Origin: Octopus sinensis
Taxonomy: Eukaryota
NCBI RefSeq assembly: GCF_006345805.1
Contig: NC_043001.1
Coordinates: forward strand, 78,554,001-78,618,000
DNA length: 64,000 bases
Direction: 5' to 3'
A program made the translations under genes and the position numbers. The notes under the pieces are model-generated. The model did not search any database. It saw nothing but the letters and a program-made list of their open reading frames with translations, and was not told the DNA's origin. Shown here one piece after another: positions 1 through 12,578 of the stretch. Position 1 is the stretch's first letter, and each line of letters starts with the position of its first letter.

Positions 1-79
1 TTGTTGTTATGTATGTGTTTTTGATGTCGCTGCTACTGTTGTTATGTGTTGCTACTGTTGGCTTTGTTGTTATTGCTAT

Positions 80-640
80 TTAGCCACACGTCGGTTCTTC
101 TTGTGCAAACGTACGTTAAAATCTAGAGATTCAGACTCTCCAACAATGATCATCCAGTACATTTTGTGTCCCAGAATTTACATTACTCAATATAAAATTT
201 AAAACTTAAGATGTACTATTAAAGAAAACGATCGCTGTTATTTTTTAGCTAATCAAGGATTCTAACGGAGCCTCTATAATTATTCTTGTTTTTCTTCTTG
301 ATTCGTTGTTATTATTGTAATCTAGTCACTCCAGCAATGGCCCTCTCCTTTTTATTTTTCTTAATTCATATCTCATAATCTCATAATCTATATTAGCCAA
401 TGTCAATTTTAAAACGGTTGATGTCCGGTTTAAGGAAGCTTTGATCTTACTTTTATAGCTTGTCAAGCGACCCCATGGATTCATTGTTATCGTTGTGATC
501 TAGCGACACTCCAGCAATGACTATCTCGTTTCTCTTATACCCCAGAATCATATTATTCAAATGTAAAATTCCAGCGTGTGTGATTTAAGTGAAAATTCAG
601 CTCTCATTTTTAGCTGGTCAGACAACCACATGAAACACCT
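80..640. repeat. Degenerate tandem array of about three ~180-200 bp units of an interspersed repeat
   Basis: Recurring motif tctag..actcca(g/a)caatg at ~122, ~321 and ~499, each followed by a similar ttt(t/a)tagct..tca segment. Related pieces at ~23440-23590, ~37335-37385 (reverse) and ~43455-43560. Confidence 0.5.
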
Positions 641-704
641 CTCATTGTTTGTTTTGTTGTTGATTTTGCATTAAGTGTTATTAGTTTTGCTGGTACCATA
701 TTTA

Positions 705-1137
705 TATTTTACTTGTTTCAGTTATTACCCTGCGGCAATTCTGGGGCACCACCTTGAGGGATATTAGTCGAGCGAATCGACCCCTGTATCTATTTATTTA
801 TTATTTATTAAGCCTGGTACTGATTCTGTCTGTGTTTTTTGCCAAACCGCTATGTTGCGATGACGTTAAACACACCAACACCGGTTTCCACGATGTGTTG
901 GGGATCATGCACAGACACAAAGGCTCACGCAAGCCCTCCCACACAGATACGCATAGAAACACAAACACCAACACACTCTTATGTACCCTACGGGTTTTCT
1001 TCAGTTTCTGTCTACCAAATCCACTTACACTGCTTTATTTGGCCCGAAACTGTAATAGAAAACACTTGCCTAAGGTGTCACACAGTAGGACTGAACCCCG
1101 AAGCAAACTTCTGCCATGCAATCACCCCTGCACTTAT
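705..1137 (-). mobile_element. SINE family A (tRNA-derived head, CORE-like centre, internal microsatellite), diverged copy
   Basis: Colinear with the young copies at 3163-3593 and 30317-30725 (tacttgtttcag...ctaccaaatccact...cacttgcctaaggtg). Confidence 0.85.
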
Positions 1138-2164
1138 ATTGATGCTATACGAATAAATACCGCTAGTCTTATTATGACTATTAATATATACCGAAAGCGA
1201 TTCTAATGACAACTGTTGTCGTTGGTGGTGAAATGTTGGTAGTGGTTGCAGTGATGCTGATGTCGATGGTGCGCCTATTGACGTTGTTGTTTCCATCGTC
1301 GACGTCGCCGACATAGATGATGTTGTTTTTGTACTTCCTTCCACATTTAACGTCAATATATTGATATAAATATCATTGTAAGTTATTTTTTCTGGTTGTC
1401 CCTGAGTTATTATTAATACTCCTGTATTCACATTAATACAATATTTAATACTCCCGTATAAATATTAATACTTTTGAGTTAATATCAATACTCGTCTGTT
1501 AATATTACTCCTACAAGAATTGTTGTTGCTGTTGGTATTGATGGTGCCGTGCTTGTTGCAGTAGTACACTAGTTATTTACACTGTTTTGATGTTAAGGTC
1601 ATTGCTGCTGTAGTTACTGTTGTAGTTGGTGCGGTAGTTGTATTTCTTATTGGTTTTATCGCTTTTATTGATGTTGTAGTTACTGCTCTTGTTGTTGTGA
1701 GTCGTTTTGATATTGATGTTATTGTTGTTGTTGCTTATATTAGTTTCGTTGGACTTGTTGTTATTGATATTGCTGTGGTAGCTATTGTTGTTGCTATAAA
1801 TGTTAATGGTCTTGTTTTGTGATTCTTGTTATTGTTGTTTGTTGTTGGTGGTGGTGGTGATGGTGGCGGTGTTCTTCTTGATTATAGAGTTCTTATTGCC
1901 CTTATTGATATTACGCTTGTTGTTGTTATTGTCGCCGTTGTTGTTGCTGTTGACGTCGTTAAATACACACACAAATAAACAGCCGTGATGTACATACACA
2001 CATATGCATGCACGTACGTATGGACACACTCATGGTTACACAGAGAAACACAACACATATATACACAAATTTCTGAGCAGACATACTCAATATATATAAA
2101 CAATATCACACACATATACATGCATACACAAACATGCATACGCAAAACCCACCACACACACACA

Positions 2165-2206
<42 letters not shown>

Positions 2207-3017
2207 AAGGCCAAGATTAACACAGATACAAATACACCCAAACACACATATACATACACACAAAGACATACATCTACACTTGCATACACCTTCACCGTTA
2301 CACATTTCATTCACGGTGCAGCAAACAAAAGCGGCAGAAATGTTCAGTTAGTCGTATTAAAAGGGGGTTATTATTGGTGTTAATGCTCTAGTAGTTGTAG
2401 TGGTAGAGAAAGTGGTGGTGGTGGTGGTGGTGGTGGTGGTGGTGGTGGTGGTGGTGGTAGCAGGAGTTATAGTGGTAATGGTGGTGGAGGTATTGGTGGC
2501 AGTGGTAATGGATATAGTGACGGTGCTATTGGTGGAAATATCCGCGTGTCTTAGCGGTTGTCAAGGTGATGGGTGGAGAAGTTTTCTTTTGATAACCACA
2601 AGCGTTCTAATTGGTCGTAGCAAAACAGAGGTCAAGCCTGGCGAAATGTGTCCACAAACGTTAGGTTATGAAAATATTCACATAACAAAGCTTAACATAG
2701 ATATAGATATATATATACACACACTCATAAACCAGCACAGTCGTTCTCAGACACAAGCAAATACCATCACATACATATCTACAAAGACATATATATATAT
2801 ATTCTTTTCTTCCTTTATTTGTTTCAGTCATTTGACTGCAGCCATGCTGGAGCACTGTCTTAATTTTTATGTTTACAGCACCTAGATTTCCAATAGATGT
2901 ATATGAGTGTGTGTGTGTGTTGTGTATGTGTATGTGTGGGTGTATACGCTCACTTTCATTTAAACATATATAGGTACAGAAGAAAAGAATGTATGCATGT
3001 CTCTATCTCTTTATTTT

Positions 3018-3053
<36 letters not shown>

Positions 3054-3056
3054 TCG

Positions 3057-3106
<50 letters not shown>

Positions 3107-3123
3107 ATGTATATATATATATA

Positions 3124-3162
<39 letters not shown>

Positions 3163-3164
<2 letters not shown>

Positions 3165-3389
3165 TCTTTTACTCTCTTTACTCTTTTACTTGTTTCAGTC
3201 ATTTGACTGCGGCCATGCTGGAGCACCGCCTTTAGTCGAGCAAATCGATCCCGGGACTTATTCTTTGTAAGCCCAGTAATTATTCTATCAGTCTCTTTTG
3301 CCGAACCGCTAGGTGACGGTGACGTAAACACACCAGCATCGGTTGTCAAGCAATGCTAGGGGGGAAAACACAGACACACAAACATATAA

Positions 3390-3420
<31 letters not shown>

Positions 3421-3589
3421 CATATATACGACAGGCTTCTTTCACTTTCCGTCTACCAAATCCACCCACAAGGCTTTGGTCGGCCCGGGGCTATAGCAGA
3501 AGGCACTTGCCCAAGATGCCACGCAGTGGGATTGAACCCGGAATCATGTGGTTGGTAAGCAAGCTACTCACCACACAGCCACTCCTGCG

Positions 3590-3593
<4 letters not shown>
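3163..3593 (-). mobile_element. SINE family A, full-length young copy
   Basis: Reverse complement nearly identical to 30317-30725. Head has A-box-like tggctgtgtgg and B-box-like ggttcaatccc, 3' tail is (gtaaaaga)n, and both flanks are (TA)n. Confidence 0.92.
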
Positions 3594-3649
<56 letters not shown>

Positions 3650-3672
3650 TATCAAGGGAAGACGGACTCAGT

Positions 3673-3757
3673 AAGAATAAATAAGTGAATAATGATACTA
3701 TATTCTTACAACTGTTAGTTGTAAGAATATAGTATCATCATTCACCTATTTATTCTT
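3673..3757. repeat. Near-perfect inverted repeat (41-bp arms, 3-nt loop)
   Basis: Arms 3673-3713 and 3717-3757 pair at 39/41 positions. Confidence 0.95.
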
Positions 3758-4065
3758 CTTTATGTATGTATTTTTTATTTACTTCTTTATTTACTTGTAC
3801 GTATGATTGTAATTAATTCATAAATAGATCCAAATGAATGTTTGCAGGCTGATGTTTTGTTGATTGATTATCTACTCCATTTTCTTCTTTGCCTTATAAA
3901 TTCTGGGTAAATTTCTGCTTTACTTCCACTCATACCTATCATTCAGTTGCGCAAGTGCCCTACGGCAGCAAGCATTTGGATAGAAATACATTGGTATACA
4001 TCCAGTAGTATTTTGGATATTTATTATCCCCTATGTGGTTGTGTAACCTCTAACCCATACAGACG

Positions 4066-4135
<70 letters not shown>

Positions 4136-4138
4136 ACA

Positions 4139-4395
4139 TAAGGGGGATCAGCCATCTGAATGTGGCTAGGGTCAGGGCGGGGTGGTGGGGGTGTTACTGA
4201 TGCATTTAGCCCCAGGCGATCATCGACGTCACCAGAAGGGCCGACACCATCTCGGTGTCCTTGCCAGCCTGCAAAGGGAGATCAGCCTCCCCGAAGATAC
4301 GGATACTACATACGGACCGGTTTCGAGGTTATTGCCTCTTGTCAACGTATGGTAAGCACCGTTCTTCGTTGAGTGACTTCCTCTACAGGCTGGAT
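4139..4395 (-). mobile_element. GC-rich hammerhead-bearing cassette between (TA)n tracts (Penelope-like pseudo-LTR or retrozyme-like unit)
   Basis: Sharp GC-rich island flanked by TA repeats. Contains a hammerhead motif, an enclosing helix (4384-4393 with 4264-4273) and a 14-bp direct repeat (4140-4153, 4274-4287). Class assignment is inference. Confidence 0.55.
4309..4351 (-). ncRNA. Type I hammerhead ribozyme with U3:A8 core variant
   Basis: Minus strand reads CAUACG-UUGACAA-GAGG(CAAUAA)CCUC-GAAA-CCGG-UC-CGUAUG: 6-bp stem I, 4-bp stem II, palindromic minimal stem III and a GUC cleavage triplet. Confidence 0.8.
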
Positions 4396-4484
4396 ATATA
4401 GGGATATATATATATATATTAGTAATTAAGGGTACCAACAAGCAGCACTGGCATGCTAAGTATAGCAGTCTCCATAATCTTGGT

Positions 4485-4558
4485 GTCAGTAAGACTCACT
4501 GATGATGAGATAAGAGTTTTTTTCTCAATGTTCGAAATCACGGTGATACGAGTATGAC
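4485..4558 (+). ncRNA. Hammerhead-like motif (canonical CUGAUGA...GAAA, irregular stem II)
   Basis: ACUCA-CUGAUGA-(28 nt)-GAAA-UCAC-G-GUGA-UA-CGAGU, plus an outer GUCA/UGAC pairing. The first stem I pair is A.C and stem II is imperfect. Confidence 0.5.
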
Positions 4559-4789
4559 TGGCTTTTTCAATTTTCGATTATATTCGTCATTAGTACAGGG
4601 TTTTAGAATTCTATTCATTTTCCCGTTTTCACCCTGTGTTTAAACGAAAATTTGTGGTTTGTTTCATTTTATCTGTTATATTCAGCATGCCGGTATTGCA
4701 TGTGAATACTCTTAATTATTAATTGATGCTTTTTTACCGTTCTGGGATTTTTGTTTTTACGCAGGCTAAGCCACTGATATTATAAACAA

Positions 4790-6880
4790 TAATACCAGCA
4801 GCAGCAGCAGAGGAAACGATGAAAATACAATTCCTACTGATAAAAGTAATCTAATAGCAAACAAACAGAGGTGAAATCTCTATTAAACCACATGAAAGGA
4901 ACAGTGACAGAGACATATAGAGACATATAGATAGTTTGGAAGAAAACAATAACACTAATGGTGACATGACACGACAGAATAAAGACAAGACTACAGGAGA
5001 ACGATAGTGACATTATTTGCAACCTTCAAAAGGTTGATCGGTGGAAATTGAACCAAGAAACGAAAAATGTGAATGAAATTCTGATATACACAATAAAAAA
5101 ACAGGGAAACAAACAATTTGATCAAGGCAGCAAGTATTGTTTTTGCAGAAAGTGTGGATGTTGATGTCAAGAAAAAGAAATATAATGGGAGTGACAAAAG
5201 AAAAAAATACATGGTGGAAAAGAATACAGTTGGGGTTAGATATCCTCTCGAAAGACATTTCTGTGATAGACCGGAAAGAGATGGGGAGATTAAAAGCAAA
5301 CAAAAATACAGGGCGCTGAACAGGAAGTATGATATTGATAGAAAGGGACTAAAAGTGGTAATGGAGGAATTGAAGCAGCGCCTCATTGCAAAGAAAGCGT
5401 AGATGATAAAATACGACCAAAGAATGAAAGGATACCAGCAGAATAAGTTATTCAGAGTAGATCAGAAGAGATTCTACAAAGAAATAAATGAAGAGTGTAC
5501 AGATGAAAAGTTGATACCAGACAACATTGAAAGTCAAAGGTTTTGGAGTGACATCTAGAGCAAAGGCAAGGAGCAAAAGAAGGATGATGAATGGCTGCAA
5601 TAACTGAAACAAATAGTAATCTGTCCAAAACAGGTAGAACTAGTCATAATGGACAACTGGAAGGCCCCGGGGCCAGATGGAGTTCAAGGCTACTGGATCA
5701 AAAGAGTTGGTGAACGCCATGCACGAATAACTGCACAAATTAACACTTTGTTAAATGCAGACCAAGTAACACCAGAGTGGATGACAATGGGTAGAACAGT
5801 ACGGTGCTTGAAAATCTTCGAAAAAGGCAATGCGGTTGACAATTACAGGCCGATATCCTGCTTGCTAATTATGTGGAAATTATTGACAGGAAAATTTGCA
5901 TAGTCATTGTGCGGATATCCGGAAAAAAATGGAGTGCTGACACATGAGCAGAAGGGTTGCAGGCGTAAGTGCAGAAGTACCAAGGATCAACACCCGGCAG
6001 AAAAAAAACTGTACTTAGAGACCACAAAAGGAGGAAAACTAATTTAGCCATGTCATAGATCGATTATCGTAAGGCGTGCGATATGATCCAACTTTTTTGG
6101 ATTATGGAATGTACGAACCTATTTGGTACTGCATTGAGCGTTGAGTGATTGCTTGGATAAATTATGGCGAAGTGGAGGACGAAACTGACAGCATATGGAA
6201 GAAGTTTAGGGACTATAGAAATCAGGAGAGGCATTTTCCAAGTGGACTGCCTGTACCCACTGATCTTTGTACTGTGCATGATACCACTAATACTGATTCT
6301 GCGGAAAGCAAAGGCTGGGTATGTATTCAAGAGCCGCAACAAAAAGTCAAGCACTTGTTATTCATGGGTGACTTCAAACTTGATGGCAAGGATGAGTGGC
6401 AAGTCACGTCCCTCGTTGATACGGTGTACTTTCAGTGCTGATATCAGAATGGAGTTCAGACTGAAAAAGTAGTGTGTGTTAGACTTGAAGACAGGCAAAA
6501 TGTAATATATGGACGAGCTAGCAATACCGTCGGGGATGGTTATGAATCAGATAGAAAGGACGGGATATAAGTACTTAGGGATTTTGGAAATGGATAAATT
6601 GATGGAGAAAGAAATGATAGAAAAATTTAAGATGTAGTACCTGCACAGACTGAGACGGATCCGTAAGTCGAAATTAAACGGACGGAATAAGATTGAAGCT
6701 ACTTAGATATGAAGCAGGAGCAATCGCATGGACAGCAGACGAACAATTTAGATAGAAAGACAAGTAAGTTGCTGACTAGATGTGGGATACTCCACCGAAA
6801 AAGTGACTGCATGAGCCAAGACAATGAGGGGCAAAAGGACTGTTTGAACGTGAACACAGCATTAGAGAAGAAGAAGACAA
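4790..6880 (+). mobile_element. R4/Dong-type non-LTR retrotransposon, decayed N-terminal and RT region (frameshifts and stops)
   Basis: Translated motifs in order: YDIDRKGLKVVMEELKQRL, NWKAPGPDGVQGYWIK, NYRPISCL, EQKGCRR, RRGIFQVDCLYPLIFVLCMIPL, HLLFMGDFKL, YKYLGILE, LDRKTSKLL. Confidence 0.88.
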
Positions 6881-6984
6881 CATACAAACACACACACGTA
6901 TGTATGTATGTATGTATGTATGTATGTATGTATGTATGTATGTATGTCAATATATCCGCCACGCCTATATGTATATGTAGACAC

Positions 6985-7131
6985 AGTCGTGGCTTTGTGA
7001 TACAAAGCTTGCGTCCCAACCACACGGTTCTATGTTCAGCCCAACTGCATGCTTTCTTGAATAAATGTCTTCTAACATAGCTACGGGCCTTGTGAGTGGA
7101 TTCGGTAGGCGGAAACTCAAAGAACAACATC

Positions 7132-7162
<31 letters not shown>

Positions 7163-7398
7163 CACACACACACACACATACATATATGTTATATGTTTGT
7201 CGCCCTCCATCAACGCTTGACAACCGGCGTTGGTTTGCTTACGCCCCCGTAACTTAGCGGTTCGGCAAAAGAAATGATAGAATAAGTATTAAGATTAAAA
7301 ATAAATCTTGGGGTCGATTTGCTCGACTAAAACACTCCAAGGTTTTGCACTAGTATGGCCGCAGTCACATGACACACAGAAATAAAAGAATAAAAGAA
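6985..7398 (+). mobile_element. SINE family A, diverged copy
   Basis: ccttgtgagtggattcggtagg...cttgacaaccggcgttgg...tggccgcagtca...(aataaaag)n tail. Confidence 0.85.
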
Positions 7399-7410
7399 TA
7401 TATGACTGTC

Positions 7411-7732
7411 ACTCCATCGTTTGCAATGACGAGAGTCCCAGTTGATCAGATCAACGGACACAGCCTTTCATGAAATTAACATGCAAGTCACTGAGCACTC
7501 CATAGACACACGTAAACTTAACGTAGTTCTCAGGGGTGTTCAGCGTGACACAGAATGTGACAAGGCTGCCCCTTTGAATTACTGGTACTAATTATTTTTG
7601 CCAACTGAGTGGACTGGAGCAACGGGAAGTAAAATGTCTCACTAAAGGACACCACGCGACTCCCGAGAATCGAATTCATGACCCTTAAATTCGTGAGCTG
7701 CATACCCCGAACCACTAAGCCACGCGCCTTCA
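7411..7732 (-). mobile_element. SINE family C (tRNA head plus CORE-like domain)
   Basis: Colinear with 20769-21090 and 52747-53067. Minus-strand head ggcgcgtggcttagtgg...gaattcgattctcggg. Confidence 0.85.
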
Positions 7733-8551
7733 ACGCACACACGCACACACACACATACACGCGCGTATTTACAATCACAGTAACTCACGGAAACACACGC
7801 ACACGTACACACGCAAATAGAGAAACTTGCGCAAACACACACATCCACACATAAGCACATTGCAAATATCCTTCACTCTATAGATTTATATTGCAACCTC
7901 TAACAGATGAAAATGCTTTTGAATATTCATTCTGTGCTCTTGCGCAGTTATTCCTCGCTGCAACTGACTGACTAATTAAGATGTTCCCTGTAGTGTATGT
8001 ATGTGCTTTATTGCTAGATAATTCTGCCCCTAAGAAATATATTCCAAATCAACGATTTTGAGTGAAATTTTTCCTCACATGACGGTTTTATAGAACTGGA
8101 TATAAAAGCTTTCGATTTTCAGTGCAAGTCCACGCTTGGTTGTCTGATATTCAATATGACGTGATGATCATGGAAGGATGCTGTATACTTTTGACATCCC
8201 GATGTGTGATACAGCTTATGAAAGAGAATGATCTGTATTGGAACTCTCGCTTCTATAAAAGATAAAGCATTTCCTTTATATCGTGTATTAAATGTTCACG
8301 CTTTCCATCCATTACTTCGTTCAGACGAATTACACTGTGCAACAAATTTTTATTATTATCTTTGGTCTTTGGTCGGTAAATATTATTTCCTATTTACATC
8401 TACCTAGAAATCAAAGAAATCATTACTACTCCCTTCAATATTTGCTTTTATCACCGAGAAATCAACGTTTTCAAGCTGACCTATATTCCATTACATTTCA
8501 GAGAGATTCAGCGCTTAGTTGATGAAGTAGAAATATCATTATAACAAATTT

Positions 8552-8706
8552 TCTGTTCAATCCACAAATTTGCTTGTCAGTTGCATGACCTTAACTACTT
8601 GAACATGTCCCTTACTGGCTGACAATATGTGCATCTCTGGTCATGAACAGAAGTAGTGGGGGAGCATCATAACCATTGTTGAGAGGAATTATTTGGGGTT
8701 TGAATA
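8552..8706. repeat. Partial copy of the 27930-28520 repeat in opposite orientation
   Basis: Reverse complement (gatgctcccccactacttctg...agggacatg...gacaagcaaatttgtgg) matches ~28255-28370. Confidence 0.75.
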
Positions 8707-8851
8707 AAGGTAGCTTAAAGGAAATAGCCGTTTTTCATATTTTCTAAGGATAAGCAAATAGAAAATCACAGTTCCTACCCAAGGACAAAAATCGTGTCAC
8801 ACAGCTTTATGTGACTGTTTCTCAAGTTTCCCATTCTTTTATCTTTTAGCT

Positions 8852-9050
8852 ACTTACTTGTTTCAGTCACTAGACAGTGGCCATACTGGGGTTCTGCGTA
8901 GATTGGTTAGGTCGAATAAATCGACGCAAAGCTTGGTACTTATTTTATTGGCTTGTGGTTGCCGAACTAATAATTTAGGGGACGTGAACAATCCAACACC
9001 ATTCATCAAGCGTTGATGCAGGAAGATAAATACAAACACGCGCTTGCTTG
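8852..9050 (-). mobile_element. SINE family A, 3' half
   Basis: tacttgtttcagtca...gtggccatactggg...cttggtacttatt...ggggacgtgaac. Confidence 0.75.
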
Positions 9051-10966
9051 CAAACACATATGTATATCTATATTATAATGGAGAAAGCTGCTTATTAATT
9101 AGGCATGTAACAGTTAATAAAAGAAAGCAAGTATTAAATGCTTGATCGTCTGGAAATTTTATTAATTCAGGTTCTAAGAAATTTCCTGTAATTTCGATTT
9201 CTGAAGTTTAATGAATATTTGAACTATAAGTTTTTTCAGAAATGTAAACATTCGTTGCATTCACTATGGGGTAGATTTTATTGCTTAATAAAGAACATGA
9301 ACTCGTTGCCGGTGAAGTTTTCCGTTTTCATTTGCAATAGTCTCACTCACCCTCGCCTCTATTCTCATTAATGATAGTTTAATATATATTCATTTCAATG
9401 TTTTCATTTCAAGTTTTAATTCGCTATTTGCAAAATCCACAGTTTATACGTAATGTTAAAAAAAATATTTATTCAATGAATGAATGCTGTTTGACAAAAC
9501 AGCTGTATAACTTTGAGGCTTATGATACGAGGCACAATTTCAAGAAAAATATCACTTTCCAGAGTTTGTTAAATGAATATTCTTGATAAAATGAAAAAGT
9601 TTTTAATACATTGGTTTTTTTTTTTAATGAAGAAGTGATTTTGTTGGTATGGCTGTTTGAACGCTGCAAGCCTTACAATAATAACTATGTGATCGCTGCT
9701 ATTTCGAATACGCTGAACGTAGGTGGGTTACCTTGAAGTTTATTTAGATTAGAGATATATTACAACTACGATAAATTACCGAAAGAAATATTTACTAAGC
9801 AATTGACATTTTTTTATAAATTGATGTTTTCAGGAAAATTTACTTTCTGGACTTCCTTGTTATAGCTCACAAATTTAAATATTCGGCACAAGATAGCTTT
9901 TAACGAGCTTTTATTTATAATATTTTTTCATTTCATGTTTATTTCATTCTTTCTTTGTAATGGTCTCTCTTCCTGTTGCCTCTCATACACACACTGTCTC
10001 TCTAATATAAATACACACACGCACACACATTTCAGGTTTCATTTCGTTATTACACAAATATCACATTAGAAATTTACAATTCAACATGAGGTGTCCAAAA
10101 ATATGCGACTGAAAAGGAACACTTAGCAGGAAAGGCACGATGGCAGACAGAATTGGGCAACTGAATCAGATAAAACTAGGGCACAGCGATTGAAACACTT
10201 AGACTTAGAGATGATTTTCTTTCCTCTACACATATCCAACTGGCTAGGGCATCTTGAAAAGAGAATATTCTACTTCAAAATAAGACACTGATTCTGCTTT
10301 CACCGTCTGAGACTGTTCAGCTGCCTATTGATAATCAGTATCAAATGGGAAGCCTTCTAAAATTCAGTGAGATAGAAACAGAAACACCAGTGCTAACAAA
10401 CAGGGGGCTGAGAGATGAAACCAAATAGTTACTGCAGGAGTACAGACGAAAAATTTTCAAACTAGGAAGAATTCTGTTAAAGGAATAGCAACGAAAGCCA
10501 GTTTCAATAATTTTCAAGAACAAGCTGTCTTTTCTATTTTATAGCCACATAATGCAGTGAATCACTTTGACATACTGCAAAGCTTACAGATGGGCTGCTG
10601 AATTGAAATCCCTATGTTGCTTTGAGGGGAAGGTAAAATTGGACTAATTCCTTCCCGCTCCGTAGTTGGACTACCTTGATATTTGTTTAAAAAAGAGAGA
10701 CTTTGACTGTGATAAAATAATGAAAGCAATATTTACCAATTAAACTAGTACTATTATACAAAGAATAGACTTAAAATATAAAAAAAAATTTAGAATAGGC
10801 AATCAAATGTGAAAACATTATCAAGGATCTAGCAGAAAATTGCCCGGAGGGCGGTCTTTCTGCTAGTGTATATGTATGTATGTATGTATGCATGCATGTA
10901 TGCATGTATGGATACATGTATGTATGTATGTATGTATGTATGTATGTATGTATGTATGTATCTATG

Positions 10967-10997
<31 letters not shown>

Positions 10998-12578
10998 ATA
11001 TATATATATTCACGATGCTTTGATCGGTTCGGTGTTCTATTAGACGATTCTTGCCCAAGTTGCCGTACAATGGGGCTGAACGTCAGATAATCTGGTTGGA
11101 AATCAAGCAGTTGTAAGCTTTATATGTATATGAGAGTTTGCGTTCGTGCAGGTATAATCCTTTTATTGAATACATGCCGGTGTAAAAGTTCTATAATTTT
11201 TAATCAAGAACCTTTTATGATATTTACGTATGAGTTTCTTTCAGCTGTTTCCTAGGAACATTACAGTTTTTTTATCTATATTCATTGTTTCCCTAGCTTT
11301 CTATGTAGCAATGTTTACGATCTGTGGCTTAGGATAACATTGCCTCTCCTGTCAAGTGCATAGTGAACCGATGAGAAATTGTCATACTTGTGTGGCCAAT
11401 TTAATATAATTATGAAGATTATGACATTTCACATAAAGTTTACGGCGTGACTCAAATACAAACTGATAATAACATACACAAATACGTTATAAAAATCATT
11501 CGTAAATCAAAACATAAATCCATTAAGAGAAACCATAAATTGAAACTAATAACCGTAGCACAAAATCACTCCACAACCAAGAGATACCAAATTTGGATAC
11601 AATAAATTCGGGCATGAATGAAAGTAGGTAGAAACTATAGAAAAGAAAAGTACAAACACCTTTTGAATCAACTGAGCCTGTAATTCATAAGTCTAAGCTC
11701 CACGCACGCACGCACACATGTTACAATTATTTAGAAATAGTATTTAAAAAAAATTTTGGCACAATGCCAGCAATTTTACTGGAAGAGAAGTAGTCGATAC
11801 ATTGATCCCAGTACTTTACTCGTGCTTTATTTTATCGACCTTCGCCCCTGGAAGAATGAAGAACAATGCTGACCAGGGGTGACTTTTTTTCTTTTTTTGA
11901 AATCAGAATGTAATGAGTCGGCAAAGATAACGCTAGACATTTTGTCCAACGCTTTAACGTTTCTGCCATCTAGCCGCCTTTTAAACTTATAAATAATGAT
12001 TTGTCCAGTAGTAGCTGCAACACTAAGCATTATAGATATATTAAATGCGGCAAAGTTGAATCAGGACTTAACGCATCGGCGAGAAAGAAAATTTGGTAGG
12101 ATCCCAGTCTCCACTTTTGGTGTTGTGATTTGATTACATATGGATATTTGTATGAAAAACATGTAATTTAATTACAAGATAATGTAATGAAAACCGAAAG
12201 CACAGCATCATTTCATTTACAGCGCAATAACCACGGCACTGGCTGTCAAAACGGACACGCTGCTAGAAAACATGCTACAAGTAAACACATGGAATTTTTC
12301 ATGAGAATTAAAATTCTGATTTTCCGTAAAAATAACATCTTGTGTTTAACGATAGTGAATATCAAAAATTGTTGAGAAGTCTGAAAGAGGGTGCTTAGGA
12401 GAAACGACAACGTATTTTGTGAATTTTTGAAATTATTCTTCAAGCGATATCTCTCATTTACCAAGATTTGTTACTTATATACTTTTTTTTATTATTGCAA
12501 CCTGTGTTTGATTTCCCATCATTTCTAGTTCTTCGCTAAGTTCACCATACATGTTCATTCTGTTGTCTGAGGGAAAAT

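Noticed and set aside
10085-10700. Mariner-like TIR start (gaggtgtccaaaaatatgcgact) and coding-looking sequence
   Set aside because: No matching second TIR or transposase motif could be identified.
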